From NCBI RefSeq assembly GCF_041956535.1, contig NW_027192192.1, positions 245,051-309,050 of the forward strand: DNA of 64,000 bases, written 5' to 3'. Below, one piece after another: positions 26,547 to 39,138 of this stretch. The notes beneath the pieces are model-generated. The model searched no databases. It was not told the origin of the DNA and worked only from the letters and a program-made list of their open reading frames with translations. This stretch comes from Calcarisporiella thermophila CBS 279.70. Lineage: Eukaryota; Fungi; Calcarisporiellomycota. The position numbers and the translations under genes were made by a program. Numbering within the stretch: the first letter of the stretch is position 1; every line of letters begins with the position of its first letter.

Positions 26547-26993
26547 TGTGAAGAGGCTATAGGCTTGGAGAGGGGGAGTGGGAGATGGAGAGTGAGGGAT
26601 TATGAAGAAGTGGTGGAAGAGGTTAAAAGCGAGCCAAAACTAATAAGGAAGCATCAACAGAATTCTCCGGCTGGAGATCTCCCGCCTCCTATTCTACTGC
26701 CGATTCACCCATTGGCCAGGGGGGGAATAAACTGTTTGATTCCCAGACTGCGGCAGGCTCTGTTGCCACCCATTTTCACGGGATCCTGTCCATCGCTTTA
26801 CTAACACGCGAGCAAGAGCGTCATATTAAATACACGAGGTACACCGAAAAGAGAAATAAAAGAAGATTGACCGGCAGGATGCTGACCGCCCAAAGAGTAG
26901 CATGTATACAAGGTAAATGAAAAGGGCTAATTACATAAAGAGAAGATGATATTTCCGAGCATGGCCGTTCCCATTGAAGTATTCTCCAGTGCG

Positions 26994-27778
26994 TCAAGTA
27001 TCCTTGTCCACTTTCTCGTGGACCGAGTCCCTGACGGTAATCACCGTGCAGCGCGCCTTCTTTTGGACATAGCTCGAGAAACTTCCCCAGAACAATCTAT
27101 TCATCGATGGGTCAGTATTAGCCGACAGCCCTAACAACCTGGATTTACCGGTTCCATGATCCCTTTAAATGAGATCCCATGACCAGCACGTCCGACTTCA
27201 CACATTTCTCCACATATTCGACGATCATGTTGCCGCTGTCCATGCGCGATCCGATGACATGGACCACGGTTGGGATCTTCACAAGGGGTTAAATTGGGGC
27301 GTATAATTAATCATGGATGCAACATTGAAGAAACTCAAATGCATACATTAGCATCTCGGAGCCTCTTCGCGTACTGTTCCATGTTCTCTTTGGCTTCCGA
27401 TTCGATCTAAATGCTCCGGACATTAATTCAAAAGAGCAAGCGAAAAATGTCCCGGAGGCATCATTACCTGCTGATCAAGATCGCAGATCCAAGACGACAT
27501 GTAAAACGAGGTTGTCCCTACATGAGGATAGAGGGTGCTTCCTGTTGTTAGCATCCAATCCTCGAGGCCCATTGTTTAATTTCCCGGAAGGCGCAACTCT
27601 CATCCTTACCAAGCTCTTCGGCGTCAAGCCCCGTGTCCAGCGTCAAGGCACACACAATGTCCACCTTGTCCCTGCCTGGCCGCAAGAAGTTCTCAAGCAG
27701 CCAGGTGATGACATAGTCCTCCGGACCGGCAGGACTAAGGGCTACGACCACGTAGCGCGAGGCGGGTTGGCTTGTCAT
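26994..27778 (-). CDS. Universal stress protein (USP) family protein, multi-exon
   Basis: N-terminal RYVVVAL. C-terminal DVLVMGSH...GSFSSYVQKKARCTVITVR, the USP GS-x-S / C-x-V signature. Confidence 0.8.
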
Positions 27779-28636
27779 GGTTCGATTTAAGACGGGGTGG
27801 GAAAGAGGGGCTGCGGGCGCCTCTTCTCATCACCCTGCATGCAGAATTTCGAGATCATCTTGTGACGTCGAATTCGATGTCGACACGCCTGGAGAACAAG
27901 GCCATGAGATGGGAGAAATTGGGCCATCCAAGCCCAATCACGCTCAAAGAAGGCGCTTTTTTTTCCCATCTAGCATGTTGCAGCTTGTTCCTGTGACCAT
28001 GGTGGCATTCTCTTCGGATGCCTTCCCCTCCCATCTCGAGGCGACTGCCGCGCGGCCGAGCGTCGCCCGCCAGCCCAGCGGCCCTCCGCTCCACGGCCAA
28101 GAGCGGCGCAGAGCGGTCCCAAGGCCCCGGGTTTGGGGAACCTGCGCTCCGACACCCTCGTCTGCACGGCTGCCGATTCTGGCTGCGGGGTCCGCGGTTT
28201 AGGGTGTTTTGTGTTTATTCAAAATTACAAATTTTGACTGACACTTCTGCCATAGGAGAATGCAATTGGAATGCGTCTGACAGGGCAACAACTCCGGATT
28301 CTCCCGCCCGCGTACGGTTGAAATTGGTGCAACGGGGAAACAACCACCACATTTTCCCTTTCCTTTTTGTCGCCTCCAACCCTGCTATATAAAACACATG
28401 GCCCTCGTCTCCCGTGCCTCTCTAACCGATTCCTTCCCCTCGCTGTGATTCCTCGTTTGTTTTAGGCCCGTCGCCGCCTCCCTCCTTCCAGCCTGCACGC
28501 TTGTCTTATCTCTGTGTGCCGCACACCGCGACTTCGGACTTTCTTTTTTTCTTTGTTTTGGTTTCTCTGCTGCTTATTTTTGCGGCTCTTTTCTCCGGGC
28601 TCCTACTCCCGCCTCGACTGTGTCTTCTCCCCCCCC

Positions 28637-29293
28637 ATGAAGGTTCATCTTACCCCGCCACCCATATCCTCCTACAATTCTCTCCCGGCCCACCTCCAGC
28701 TCCCCAATCAGCGGCTTGGCAAGCACATTCGCCGGCTGGGCCGCATCTTCCTCCGGCATCCTGACTCCCACCGATACGCGCTCTGTTTGCTGCATCGGCA
28801 TTACGACCTGCGTTCCGGGGAGATCATCGTACAGTATCCAACCAATGGCGGCGTGGTAAGCATAGCGGAACCCCATCTGGCGCCGCACCAGTGGAGCATG
28901 CTGGGGGTCATTCCGGTGGCATGGCATTTGGGGATTGGCCAAGAGGAGGAGGAGGAGGAGGAGGAGGAGGGCAATGTCGGCAAAATTGAAGGCCTAGTAC
29001 CGTACGAATTCCAATTCGGGCGTGGAAAGATCAAAGATCTAGACATGGGCTTTCTGCAGGAGCTGGGCGAATTCCTCGAGAGAAAGCGGCTCGGAGGCCT
29101 GTTTGGGGTGTGCCTTGCGGAGGAGCACACCGAGAATACGGACATTGAGATAGAGCGCATGGAGGGCCGCGGCAGAAGAATCGTCATTGAGAAGAGCAGC
29201 CAGCCGGTTGCCAATGGAGTGCCCGTTAAATGGAAATTCTATGAGGGCAGGGATACTTCCATGATCATTCGGTGCATCAGGATGTGTGTATAG
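28637..29293 (+). CDS. Intronless hypothetical protein with an LLHRH motif and poly-Glu tract
   Basis: 218-aa open frame from ATG 28637: YALCLLHRHYDLRSGEIIV...FLQELGEFLERKRLGGLFGV. Confidence 0.7.
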   Translation: MKVHLTPPPISSYNSLPAHLQLPNQRLGKHIRRLGRIFLRHPDSHRYALCLLHRHYDLRSGEIIVQYPTNGGVVSIAEPHLAPHQWSMLGVIPVAWHLGIGQEEEEEEEEEGNVGKIEGLVPYEFQFGRGKIKDLDMGFLQELGEFLERKRLGGLFGVCLAEEHTENTDIEIERMEGRGRRIVIEKSSQPVANGVPVKWKFYEGRDTSMIIRCIRMCV

Positions 29294-30044
29294 TGATATC
29301 CCTTCTTTATACCTTTATTTTCATATTATCATCTCCATTCCCCTGTTTTACTCGCTATCTATAATAATAATACTAATTCATATACTCGATGCCATCATGA
29401 GACTGAAGGATTCCTCTCATGGCAAGCAGAGGAGAGCTTCGAGCCGTCGAGATACTGGTCTTTGCTTTTACTAGAATAAAGCAGACGATAGGCGGGGTTC
29501 TACCCGAGCTGAAATTTCGTCATGCACCAGAATTAAAGGGAAGAGGATCGATTAGAAGAGACAGGGAGGGCTGGTCAATGCGCAACAGCAGGTTGCGTGC
29601 GGATGGCGATGCTGGTCGCTAGGGATGAGCGGAGAGGTTGGCAGCATTTCAGCGCCATGAGGGGGAGGCGATGGAGAAACGCTTTTGAGGAACACACCAT
29701 GACGGATAGGGTTAAAAATAGGCCAGGGACAACGGAGCCAAATTAGAACATAATGAAGCGCTGTTGAGGGTCGGCAATAGATCGAAAACATTAAGGGGGT
29801 ATTGGCCCGTGGCCAATCGAAATCGAAAGGCTTAATGTGGCCCTCGAAGCTCATAGTAGAAAGGGGAGAAAAATTATCGTCCTCAATGTAACTCTGAATT
29901 CAACCACATTTTTGTTTCATTGCTTCTCAACCACTCCCCATCTCGTCCTACTGTGATCGCCTGAACCTCTCTCCCACATCGCTCCTTCATTCCCCATCCC
30001 CCCTCGCCCCTAGCTCATCCACAAGAGGAGCCAGGAAGGCGACT

Positions 30045-32107
30045 ATGGATCGGTCATCGATAGATCGCTCCTATTCCAGAAAAGTAAGCGGCATCTTGGG
30101 CCAATGCTCCCTTGGATTCGCCTTGCTTCCATGCTAATCGCTCATGGAATACACTTCATTCCTCTACTTTCTTTTCTCTCCAGGACTACCAGTCGCTCAA
30201 TGGCAAACGCCGATTCCTTTCTATTGGAAGTCACCGCAAGGCATCAATAGACAGCCCACTGGGCATCTCTTCTTTTACCTCCCCCCTGCGACCCGCATCG
30301 ATGTTCTCGGCGCCACCCCCTGTCGATTATCGCCCCTCCCATCTCACCGACCAATCCTCCATTTGCCCCGATCCTCGTCCGCTCTCCGGCATTTTCGAAT
30401 GGGGGAAGGGCAAGGAGAACGGAAAGCGAATGAATTCGTACGGCAGTCTCATGAGTGATTCCCCCCTAAAAACAGAAAAGGTACAGATCAACGCCAGCAG
30501 AACATGGCCCCCTCTTTTGCCCTTATTTTACCCCTAACCTCTCGGTTTGCTGTCCACTTAGCCCTATAGGCTCAACTCCACCCATTCCTTTCACGACGCT
30601 AGCTCTGTCGATAGTCAGAGTATACCCGAAGGAGAGAGCGAGGAGGATGAAGCGGCACGGACCAATGGCACTGCTGGCAGCTATCGGATCGCCGGGTCGG
30701 AGAGGACGATATCGGAAGACACGGAGGGAGAAGAGGATCTCCGGTCGACCGTGGAACGAGCCGTCGAGGAAGAGGAGGACGCCGCGGACCTCGTCGATTT
30801 TGATTTGATGAAGCCACGCGAGCATCGCCGTCCCCCCATTTATATCCCCCCCGCCCACTTCCCCTCGCCTCACTTCCCCTCCCCGCCACTCATTCCCAAA
30901 CCCCCGCCATTTCAGCCAAAAGAGCCCCCCGGCGCCCCGCCCCTACATCCGCACAGTGGCCAGGATGCCACCCGAATCCGCCAGCTCGAGCAGCATATCG
31001 AGCAGCTGACCCTCCAGAACGTCCGCCTCCAACGCACCAACCGCCTGCTAAAGGCCGACGCCGACACCGCCATCGCGGCGACCCAACACGCCATGGAGGA
31101 AGAGCAGGATAGGCTGCGGCTGCAAATTGTGCGGCTCCAGCGATCCAACCGTCTGCTATCACAAGAACTCGATGAAAATGTCCATGAAATCCGCCGACTG
31201 AAAAAGGAAGAGGACGTAGGACTGGCGAAAGAATACCAATTTTTGGCAGAGAAAGTGGAGTTTTTGCATCGACAAGTAAGTACCCCTCCCCTAAGCGCAA
31301 CGTAATAGTCACGCAGATACATGCATACATACATAGATGCATACATATTTGTATGTGCGTGTGGGTGTGTTTGTGTCTGAATGTGCGTGCGTGTGTTTAT
31401 TTATTCACTAGCCTCTTTGGGGTGACCGGGGATTCAACGGATTCTTTTTTTCTTAGTTGGTAGGAGAAAATTTGAGGGCAAAGCCCCCAGCCGAATGCAA
31501 GACGGAGAAGAGAGACTCCCGTGCAAGAGAACTGGAGAAAAACCACGAGCAAGCATCGGAATGGGAGGAGAAGTATGAAAAGGTGAGTCTTCGAGTGAAC
31601 GCTTGACGCTGCGCATACGCTCCCTCCCCCCCCCCCCACCTCCCCAGTGCACTAACCCAAACTCTCGTTTGACGCTAGCTGCTGCAAAAGTATCAAGAGC
31701 TCGAACAGCGCCATCTCTGCCTCCAGAACTCACTCGCCGAAGCTGAGCAAAGGTTTCAGGACAAGCTCTCGGAGGAGGAGTATCTGCGAAAAGAGTTGGA
31801 GATCAAAGACCAGGTGGTGGCGCAGATGGAGGCGAGCTTCACGGAAATGGAGGAGGAGTACGAGCTGCTGAAGGCGGCCGAGGCCAAGCGTGGCCGGCGG
31901 TTGGAAAATGGGTTCGGCGCGGAGAGCGAGGAGGAGGACGAGGCGGCCAAGGGTTCCGTGGAGGGCGGCGACTATGATTTCCCGATGCCTCCCTTGTCGC
32001 CGGACGCTCTGCAAAACGGACGGCGTGAACTGAGTCATGGTGGATACCCAAAACATGGGGATTATTTGTCGCTGCATACGAAAAAAATCATCCACCCATC
32101 CGGGTGA
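30045..32107 (+). CDS. Coiled-coil hypothetical protein, multi-exon
   Basis: GT-AG-linked exons. Two related heptad segments, IEQLTLQNVRLQRTNRLL and LRLQIVRLQRSNRLL. Pro-rich N-terminal half. Confidence 0.7.
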
Positions 32108-34779
32108 ACTGCACCATTTGCATTCGTTCTTGGTTATAGGCACGCATGGTAGTTGAATGGATCTAATTCTGGCATTTTTTTTTCCCTCCTGACTCTATCC
32201 TACACTCTATTTTTGTTTCTTCCCTCTTCCTATGTTTATCATGACGAGAGGTGGGCTTAGCACCACCCTTGCTTGTTGTTTACCCCCCCCCCCCCTTGTG
32301 TGTTGTTTCCGGCATCTACCCTTGTGTGTATTTTTAGGATGCTTAGCGAGAATTGTTATTTTACATTAGTATTGTTATATTTTTTTTTCATACTTTCCTC
32401 TCATGTTTATAAAGCCTACTGCCATTTTATCTGCCCAACTCGTGAGATGCATTAGGCGAAACGAACTGACCCACGCCGCAAGATGGTTGTGCAGAAAATG
32501 AATCCTGTCCTACTCTGCAGACGGAGGGGGGGGACGGGAGAGAGTAGCAACCTGCGGGCGGCGTAAAAATAACAAAACCGATAGGCCATCTTCCCTCTTT
32601 GAGACGAATTATCCGGGGAAGGGAAAAAGGGGGAGATACTGCAGAGCCGAGAAATGAAGCCGTTGCTCATCCCCAGCCTCCTTCGTAGCAGGGATACATA
32701 ACCTCTCATAAAACTGGAAACAGCAGCAGATAAAAAGATTATTTAGACCGAAAGCAAAAAAATCCATAAGCCGCTTCCTCCCCCCCCCCCCTTCGGTCCT
32801 ACGATTTTGCCTCGGAATTTTACTCGCATCTGCCTAACAATGGGTACATGCTCTTGCAGTAGTTGGCGCAGCAGCGTCCAAACAACGCTGTAATAAACGG
32901 TGCATGGAGAGGAAGAAGGAGAAAAATAGAGAAAAACACGGATAGAGTTTCAAGCAGGGGCGAGGCCAATGACCCGGCTTATGATGCGACGTGCCCTTAG
33001 TGTATGACGTGGACTGGGTCGCAAAAGAAGGGCAGCTTTGGGTAGCTTCGGGGCTCTTTTGGCACAAGAGCACAAACTCTTTTATTGCTTTCCAACCGAA
33101 AACGATAATCGACTGAAAATGCAGTGCAAAACAAAAGCCCCTTCCATCGTTCCCCTTTCCTCCCTTTGCGATGGCGGGACGCGGCTACTTCAAACGCTTG
33201 AGTAGATCCCGGCCCCACTTTGACTTTCCAAACCTAATATTCTATTTGGGAGGCCGCATCGTAAACTTCTTCACACAATCTTAATTCGATTAGAGTCCAT
33301 CCCAAGCGCACGAGTGCATTTTGGGCCCAAACCGGGTTTTCTCCTCCCTCTCTTTGCGGCTTAGTAATAGCTTTAGCTTTACATGGGATTGCTTCGGACG
33401 CAACCCTATTCTCCCTCTCCCCTTCCCCCTCCCCCTCCTCCTCTTGGAGACGTTTGCCAGTCGTGGCCACTCATGTTGGCCTCTGGACCCTTTCATCTCT
33501 ATTCTCTTGCCGCTTCTCTGTGCAGCTGTTGATATTCCTCGCACATCAATTAATTTAGCAGCCCATATTTGCAGCGAGATTGCTGCAGATTTATTTACGC
33601 GAGCCGTGGCAAGCAAGGTTTGATGCTGACGTTGTATCTAGCTCGACCATGGGGATGGATCTAGGAAAAAGCGGTGTTTGAGCTTAGAAGCCGTGGCAAA
33701 GCCCGCAATCCCTTTTTTTTTCCCATCTGGTTCCACACACATCGTCTCTACCAATAAACAAGTTTTTCGATGCCATTTCGACCCATGGAACGATGTATCT
33801 ATGCAAATGAACCCACTTCTAATTCCGGTGTGGGTTGACGTGCTTGCTGGAAAGAATTCCCCCGCAGTCAGGTTGGTTGGCGGCGCAATAGCAGTAACAA
33901 GAATTCGCACGCGCGCGGTATCCGAATCCCTTCCCTCCCCCCCTTTGAGCCAATTCCCACTGCTGAGGCAACCACGGTGTTAATCGCTCATTGACGTGGG
34001 ACAGAAACCACCCCGCTTTCGGCTTGTCATTCAATAATTCGACGCTCCAAGAGAAGAAGAGCTAGCTTTTTTCTTTGCCCTCTGGCCTTGGAAAAAAGCG
34101 GTCGCCCTACCAACAGAACCAACTTCCTACCCCCTCCCCTCCGGGTCATTGAGCAAAGGTGGCCCCCGCTTTGTTTTTTTCCCCCCTACGTTTCCAGTCG
34201 GCCCTCGACGCTCTTATTCGAACTAGAGCACCGCGGAGGGATGCTCTTCATCTTGAAAACTCGCTTATGAACCGGTGTGTTTTGTTCCTATTTATTTTTT
34301 CTCTTTGGGTCAGGATCGGTGACAGGATTGATAGCACAGGCTCTGGGCTATTCGCGCTATGCAAGCGTGCAAATTAGCAAATAAAAACCTTGTGTCCACT
34401 AGCTTTTGTGATCCCGGCCCCTATTAGGAAGGCCTTTCAATTAGAAAACAAAAAACACGCTATCTAAAACAAACATCCTTTTTTTTAATTTATGGCTATG
34501 CCGCACCGCCATATTCCGATGCGTCCTTACTTGATCAGGATGTGCGAATATATATATATAAATATTCATTAACTTCGCAGGTTCTGTGCATATTTCTTTT
34601 CTCTCGCGGTGCCGCTGGTGCTTTTATTTCTCGTTCACCTTCCCCCCACCCCCTTCATCTTTTCCCCCTATTGCCCCCCCCCCCTACCTTCCTCAACTTT
34701 CCTCGCAATATACAACACTGTATTCATAGCATTTTGTATTCAATCCCCCAAAACAGCCTTCCGTTTGTTAAAAAAAATC

Positions 34780-36314
34780 ATGGCTACTGCTACCCGCTGG
34801 CCTCCAGTGTATGTCCCGTTGCACGATGCCCTCTGTGACTCGCAGCCCCGCGCTCAGGCCCGCGCCCACACCCACCCCATGCCTCCTCAGTACGGGGCTC
34901 TGTCCCACACCTATGCACAACTGGACCCCAGCGGTCTTCTCTCCACTTGCGCTTTCAAGCCCCCCTATCCCATCCACGACACCCTCTCCAACTCGACCAT
35001 CACCTTCGAGCCGCCGCAGAAGCTGCACCTGCTCAACGACGTGTTCTTCACCCCTCCCCCGGCCACCACCACCCCCGAGTACGTGTTGCCCTCCGTGACG
35101 CAGGAGGAGGAGGAGGAGGTGGGGCTGGAGAGCGATGCGAGCACCCCCGTGCTCTCTCCGCTGATGCCCTCCTCCGCCTCGGAGCTGTTTGAGATGTGGG
35201 GGGAGGAAGCTGAGGCGGAGTCCGGCAAGCGTGTGGCGCCCAACCATTTAGAGACCAGCATTAAAAGGAGACGAGTGGAGCCTGATGAGGCAAAGACCGA
35301 CCTGGAAAATGGCTGGGCACTGAGCGAGAGCGAGGATGAGTATGGGTGAGTACGATTGACTGGTACAACTCTATCTCTTGTCTCGAGTGGCTAATTGTCT
35401 CTCTCTCTATTTCTCTCCCGCTTCTTCGGTCCTTTAGCTTCGAACTAGGGCTGTCCAATCTCGAAGACCAAACCGCGTTCTCCTTGCTCGACTCGGATCC
35501 GGAGGAAGAACAAGTGGTGGAGGAGCAGGATGAGGAGGCCAATGGAGACAACGAAGATAGAGAGGGAGAAGAGGAGGAGGAAGAGGAGGAAGTGGATGAG
35601 GAAGAAGAGGAAGACGTGGATGAGGAAGAAGAGGAGGCGGAGGAGATGGACGGGCCTGAAGGACAAAAGAGGGAGGAGTCAAAAGAGGGGTCGGCCGAAG
35701 CCGAGTTCAATCAAGGCGAGAAGACTCCACTGCCTTCGGATGCAAAGACTTTGGCGGATGACCGACCCCAGGTCCCTCCCCGCCCCACTAAGCTCCCTGG
35801 ACTCTACGCCGAACTCACCGTTTCGGGCGCCGACTGGTGCCGGTATTGCGGCACCACGGAAGGCGTGAATTGGCGGCCCGGGCCTTGGGGCAAGCGCACC
35901 CTCTGCAACAAACACGGGTGCGATTACCGGGGCTACGGCTTTGTGTGCAAGCTGCCGCGGCTGGACCTGACCGCCTTTGCGCATGAGAACGTGAAAGAAA
36001 GGGAGCGGCCGGTGCTACAGCTGTTCTGCTACATCTGCCATAGACGGGAGTCGTGGGAGGGCAATGTCCTGGTCCGATGCGAAGGGTGCCCGAAATCCTT
36101 CCATCAGGCCTGCTGCCCCTCGGGCCGGATCACCGACGAGGTAGTGGCCGGCGACGACCCATGGTTCTGCGACCACGTGTGCCAAGAGAATCTGAAGCAG
36201 CGGCGGGTTATTGTTGAGGTGCCGCGGCGCCGGCTACCGTTGATGGCGTCCCCCAAGTCCACCCCCGCCACCACCCTCGTCCTGGAGCCGCGAAGGAGAC
36301 GATCGCTTCGATAG
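34780..36314 (+). CDS. Variant GATA-type zinc finger + PHD finger protein with a long acidic tract, 2 exons
   Basis: CRYC-x18-CNKHGC with WRPGPWG...LCN. PHD CYIC...CEGC...HQAC...WFCDHVC. Intron 35346-35438. Confidence 0.85.
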
Positions 36315-37699
36315 AGGCTTTGCATATTGTTGTCTTTTCACTTCAAGAAAACATCCTTGTCTATACTCACTCCGCACTAATCATTGCCATTCTCATTTTT
36401 CTGTGATTTGTACATATACACTAGCGGTTCCTGTTTGCCCCTTAATAGTAAGATATGTGAATAGTGTTCCCCCCCCCCTTTTTTTTCTTGTGTGGCTTCC
36501 TTTATTGGATCATGTAAAGGCGCTGGAGGAAAAATGAAAAAAAAAAATAAAGGTTGACTTGGTAAAAACGAGTTTGACCCACCCAGGCTCCTAACAGGTG
36601 CTCTCTTGTTTTCTTTTCTTGAAACGAGAGAGAGCAGTGCGGAATGCAGAGGAAAAGATTGTTAGAGATGGCAACGAAAAAGAAGCCAGATGTGGATGAG
36701 GATAAAGCAGCGGTGGATTATGCCGGTCGTTTCCAGTGTCCCTTTCTTCTACGTCGTAGCAATCGATGACGGCCGCGCTCTGGCGGGAAAAGTGGAGAGA
36801 TGAGATGGCAGGCGCGTGTTTGTAGCCTAGCATGAGTGGAGTGCTCGTGAACTTGCCTGACGCAAGGCCAGTGTAATACCAAGCTGCGCCCAAGTAGTCG
36901 CTCTCAAACTCCAAATACCACGGTATGTCCCTGGCGCTGTCACCCATTGCAGCAGGCATCCAACCGCCACTCCCTGGCAACAAGAGAAGGAGCCCCGGAT
37001 CAAACAACACCAACGGGCCAAACCCAATCATCCGCAGAGTGGCTGTGGTGAGCGTACCATAGGGGGTGCCGAGTAAGCTAAACTCTTTTCGTTTTCGCTA
37101 TGACTATTCCTGAAGAAAAATCCGATTCCGGCAGGCGTGAAGAGCAACGCAACAAGGCACCGACCTCAGTTAGCTCCGTCTTCAGTCGTAGGGCGTGGTC
37201 GGTCAGTCTGATGCTATGCTGTGCATTGTCTCTGAGGGTTCTTGATTGGCGCGCCGTTGCAATAGACTGCACTCCTGACCGCGGCCGGACATGAGGAGCA
37301 GGGCGACAGGAAGATATAGAGGCCCGGCGACTGCAACGCTTGGCCGCAGCTGGGGAGCTGCAAGGAGACGGCGCTGGGCGGTTCAGAGGACTCCAGTGGG
37401 AAAAGGAGAGCGTCGATGAAGGAGCTCGGAGCTTAGGGTCGGATCCGCTCTCCCAGAGAATGTGGCGCAACGGCCGAGGATTGGCCCGGGGCTCGCGGTA
37501 ACACCGCATTTAGATTCTCGATTTTAGCTCTAACTTTCTGCTGACTTCAGGGGCAAAAAGCCGGCGGTAATATTGTTTCTTCTCGTTATACTCGGCTCCC
37601 TGCCCCGCACGCGACCCTCCCTCCTCCCGCCTGCTTGCTCCTTTCTCCTTCGCGTACGCTTGGCCTCTCTCCTTGCTCCCTCGATCCCGCTCAACTCCC

Positions 37700-38483
37700 A
37701 TGACCAGGTGCGTGCTCCATTGCATGGTCATGTCCTAATGGCATCTCCATCGCCACAGCTCGCCGGCTCCATTCACTGACCCTCTCTTCCAATCTTCTAG
37801 GTATTCGCTCGAAATCTCCCAGCGACCAACCCGGGGCTCTGCCTTATACGACAACGACCACTGGTCCGCAATCCGCATGGTACGCTTCCTTCCTATCCAT
37901 ATTCAAAACATCCACGGCGGGAACTGACTCCCGTTGCTATATGAATCGTAGTTAAGAGAACCGCTTATTGTGAAGTGCTACCCTCTGGACTCGCAAGGAG
38001 GCGTCATTAAAAGGTTCCGCTTCTCCCCCCCTCCCTTCTCTCCTCTCCTCTTCTCCCGTTTCTCACCCCCCCCCCCCATCCTCTTCTAACGCTAACTCTG
38101 CGCAATCCCTGTGGAAAATAATTAAACCAGGCATATCGTGGAGCATGTTCGCACACTGTGCGCCCACGTGTTCGCCACCACGACCGACGGGACTATTGTG
38201 GACCACCAGCTGGTGGGCAACCGCCGTGTCTGTGCCGACATCGTTCAGGAGCTCGATGAGAGCGAGAGCGCCTACTTCTACTTTGCGAATCTATCCATGC
38301 GTCGGAGCGGCTATTATCACCTCCTCGTGAGAGTGTACAAGGGGAATGAGTGAGAATCCTTGAATCCATCACTGCATGAGCTCTCCCAATATCCCAACCC
38401 CGACTGATCCCTCTCCATCTATTGATAGCTGCGCCCAGTCCGTGGCGTCGATATGCACCGAGACCGTGTACATTGATCCTTAG
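37700..38483 (+). CDS. Small (140 aa) velvet-domain-like protein, 5 exons
   Basis: Spliced MTRYSLEISQRPTRGSA...LREPLIVK...LVGNRRV...YFYFANLSMRRSGYYHLLVRV...VASICTETVYIDP* matches the velvet motif order YxLxxxQQP / PPIVxL / LxG / FxFxDLSVRxxGxYxL. Confidence 0.7.
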
Positions 38484-39138
38484 CGCGGAAACGACAACGC
38501 GCGAGCCACGGAGCATTCATGAGAAACCTGTACACTTATTGACATTACTCTGACCGAGTTCTTATCCTTAGCATTTTTTTCTTTACTCTACAGTGATTCT
38601 GCCCTTATTTTTCTATTTATTTATTTATTACCTCTTTATTCTTTTTTGCACGTCCGCACCAGCGATCGACTGGACGTGTTTCATATTGTAAGTAATAAGT
38701 GCATCCCAGGGGAGGACCCTCAAATTCAGCTTGTGAATCGAAGCAAATGGCTTAAAGAGAGCCATTTATCTTTCACACTTTGATTGTATCCTGCAAGTGC
38801 ATAAATTTCTCGACCGCATATGGCTTCGCCTTTCCATCCTATGTGCCTCAGTGGTGAAAAATTTGGGTGTTAAAAAATATCATCAAATAGCATATATTCA
38901 TTTGATGGCTGGCTATCGCCATTGTCAAGGTCGAATATTCCATTTTATCACTCAGGAAAAACGCTGCGGCCATCAAAGTGGTTTATCACTTTTATATTGC
39001 TGTTCGTCACGAGGGGCTTGGGGATGAGAGCTGAGACCAGTTGAGTTAGAGGGGTAGAATACATCAGTGAGAAACAAGAGAGGCATTATAAATACAATAT
39101 CAAATAAGAGCTTAGAGGGTCTATTGAAGCATGCAAAA

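Noticed and set aside
31315-31396. ATAC/GT-rich low-complexity tract, plus CTA-type repeats near 18797-18821 and G/C runs in several introns
   Set aside because: Ordinary intronic microsatellites and homopolymers.
36591-37509. Two ~145-aa minus-strand ORFs upstream of the velvet-like gene
   Set aside because: No motifs, no convincing splice structure and atypical composition; cannot be supported as genes.
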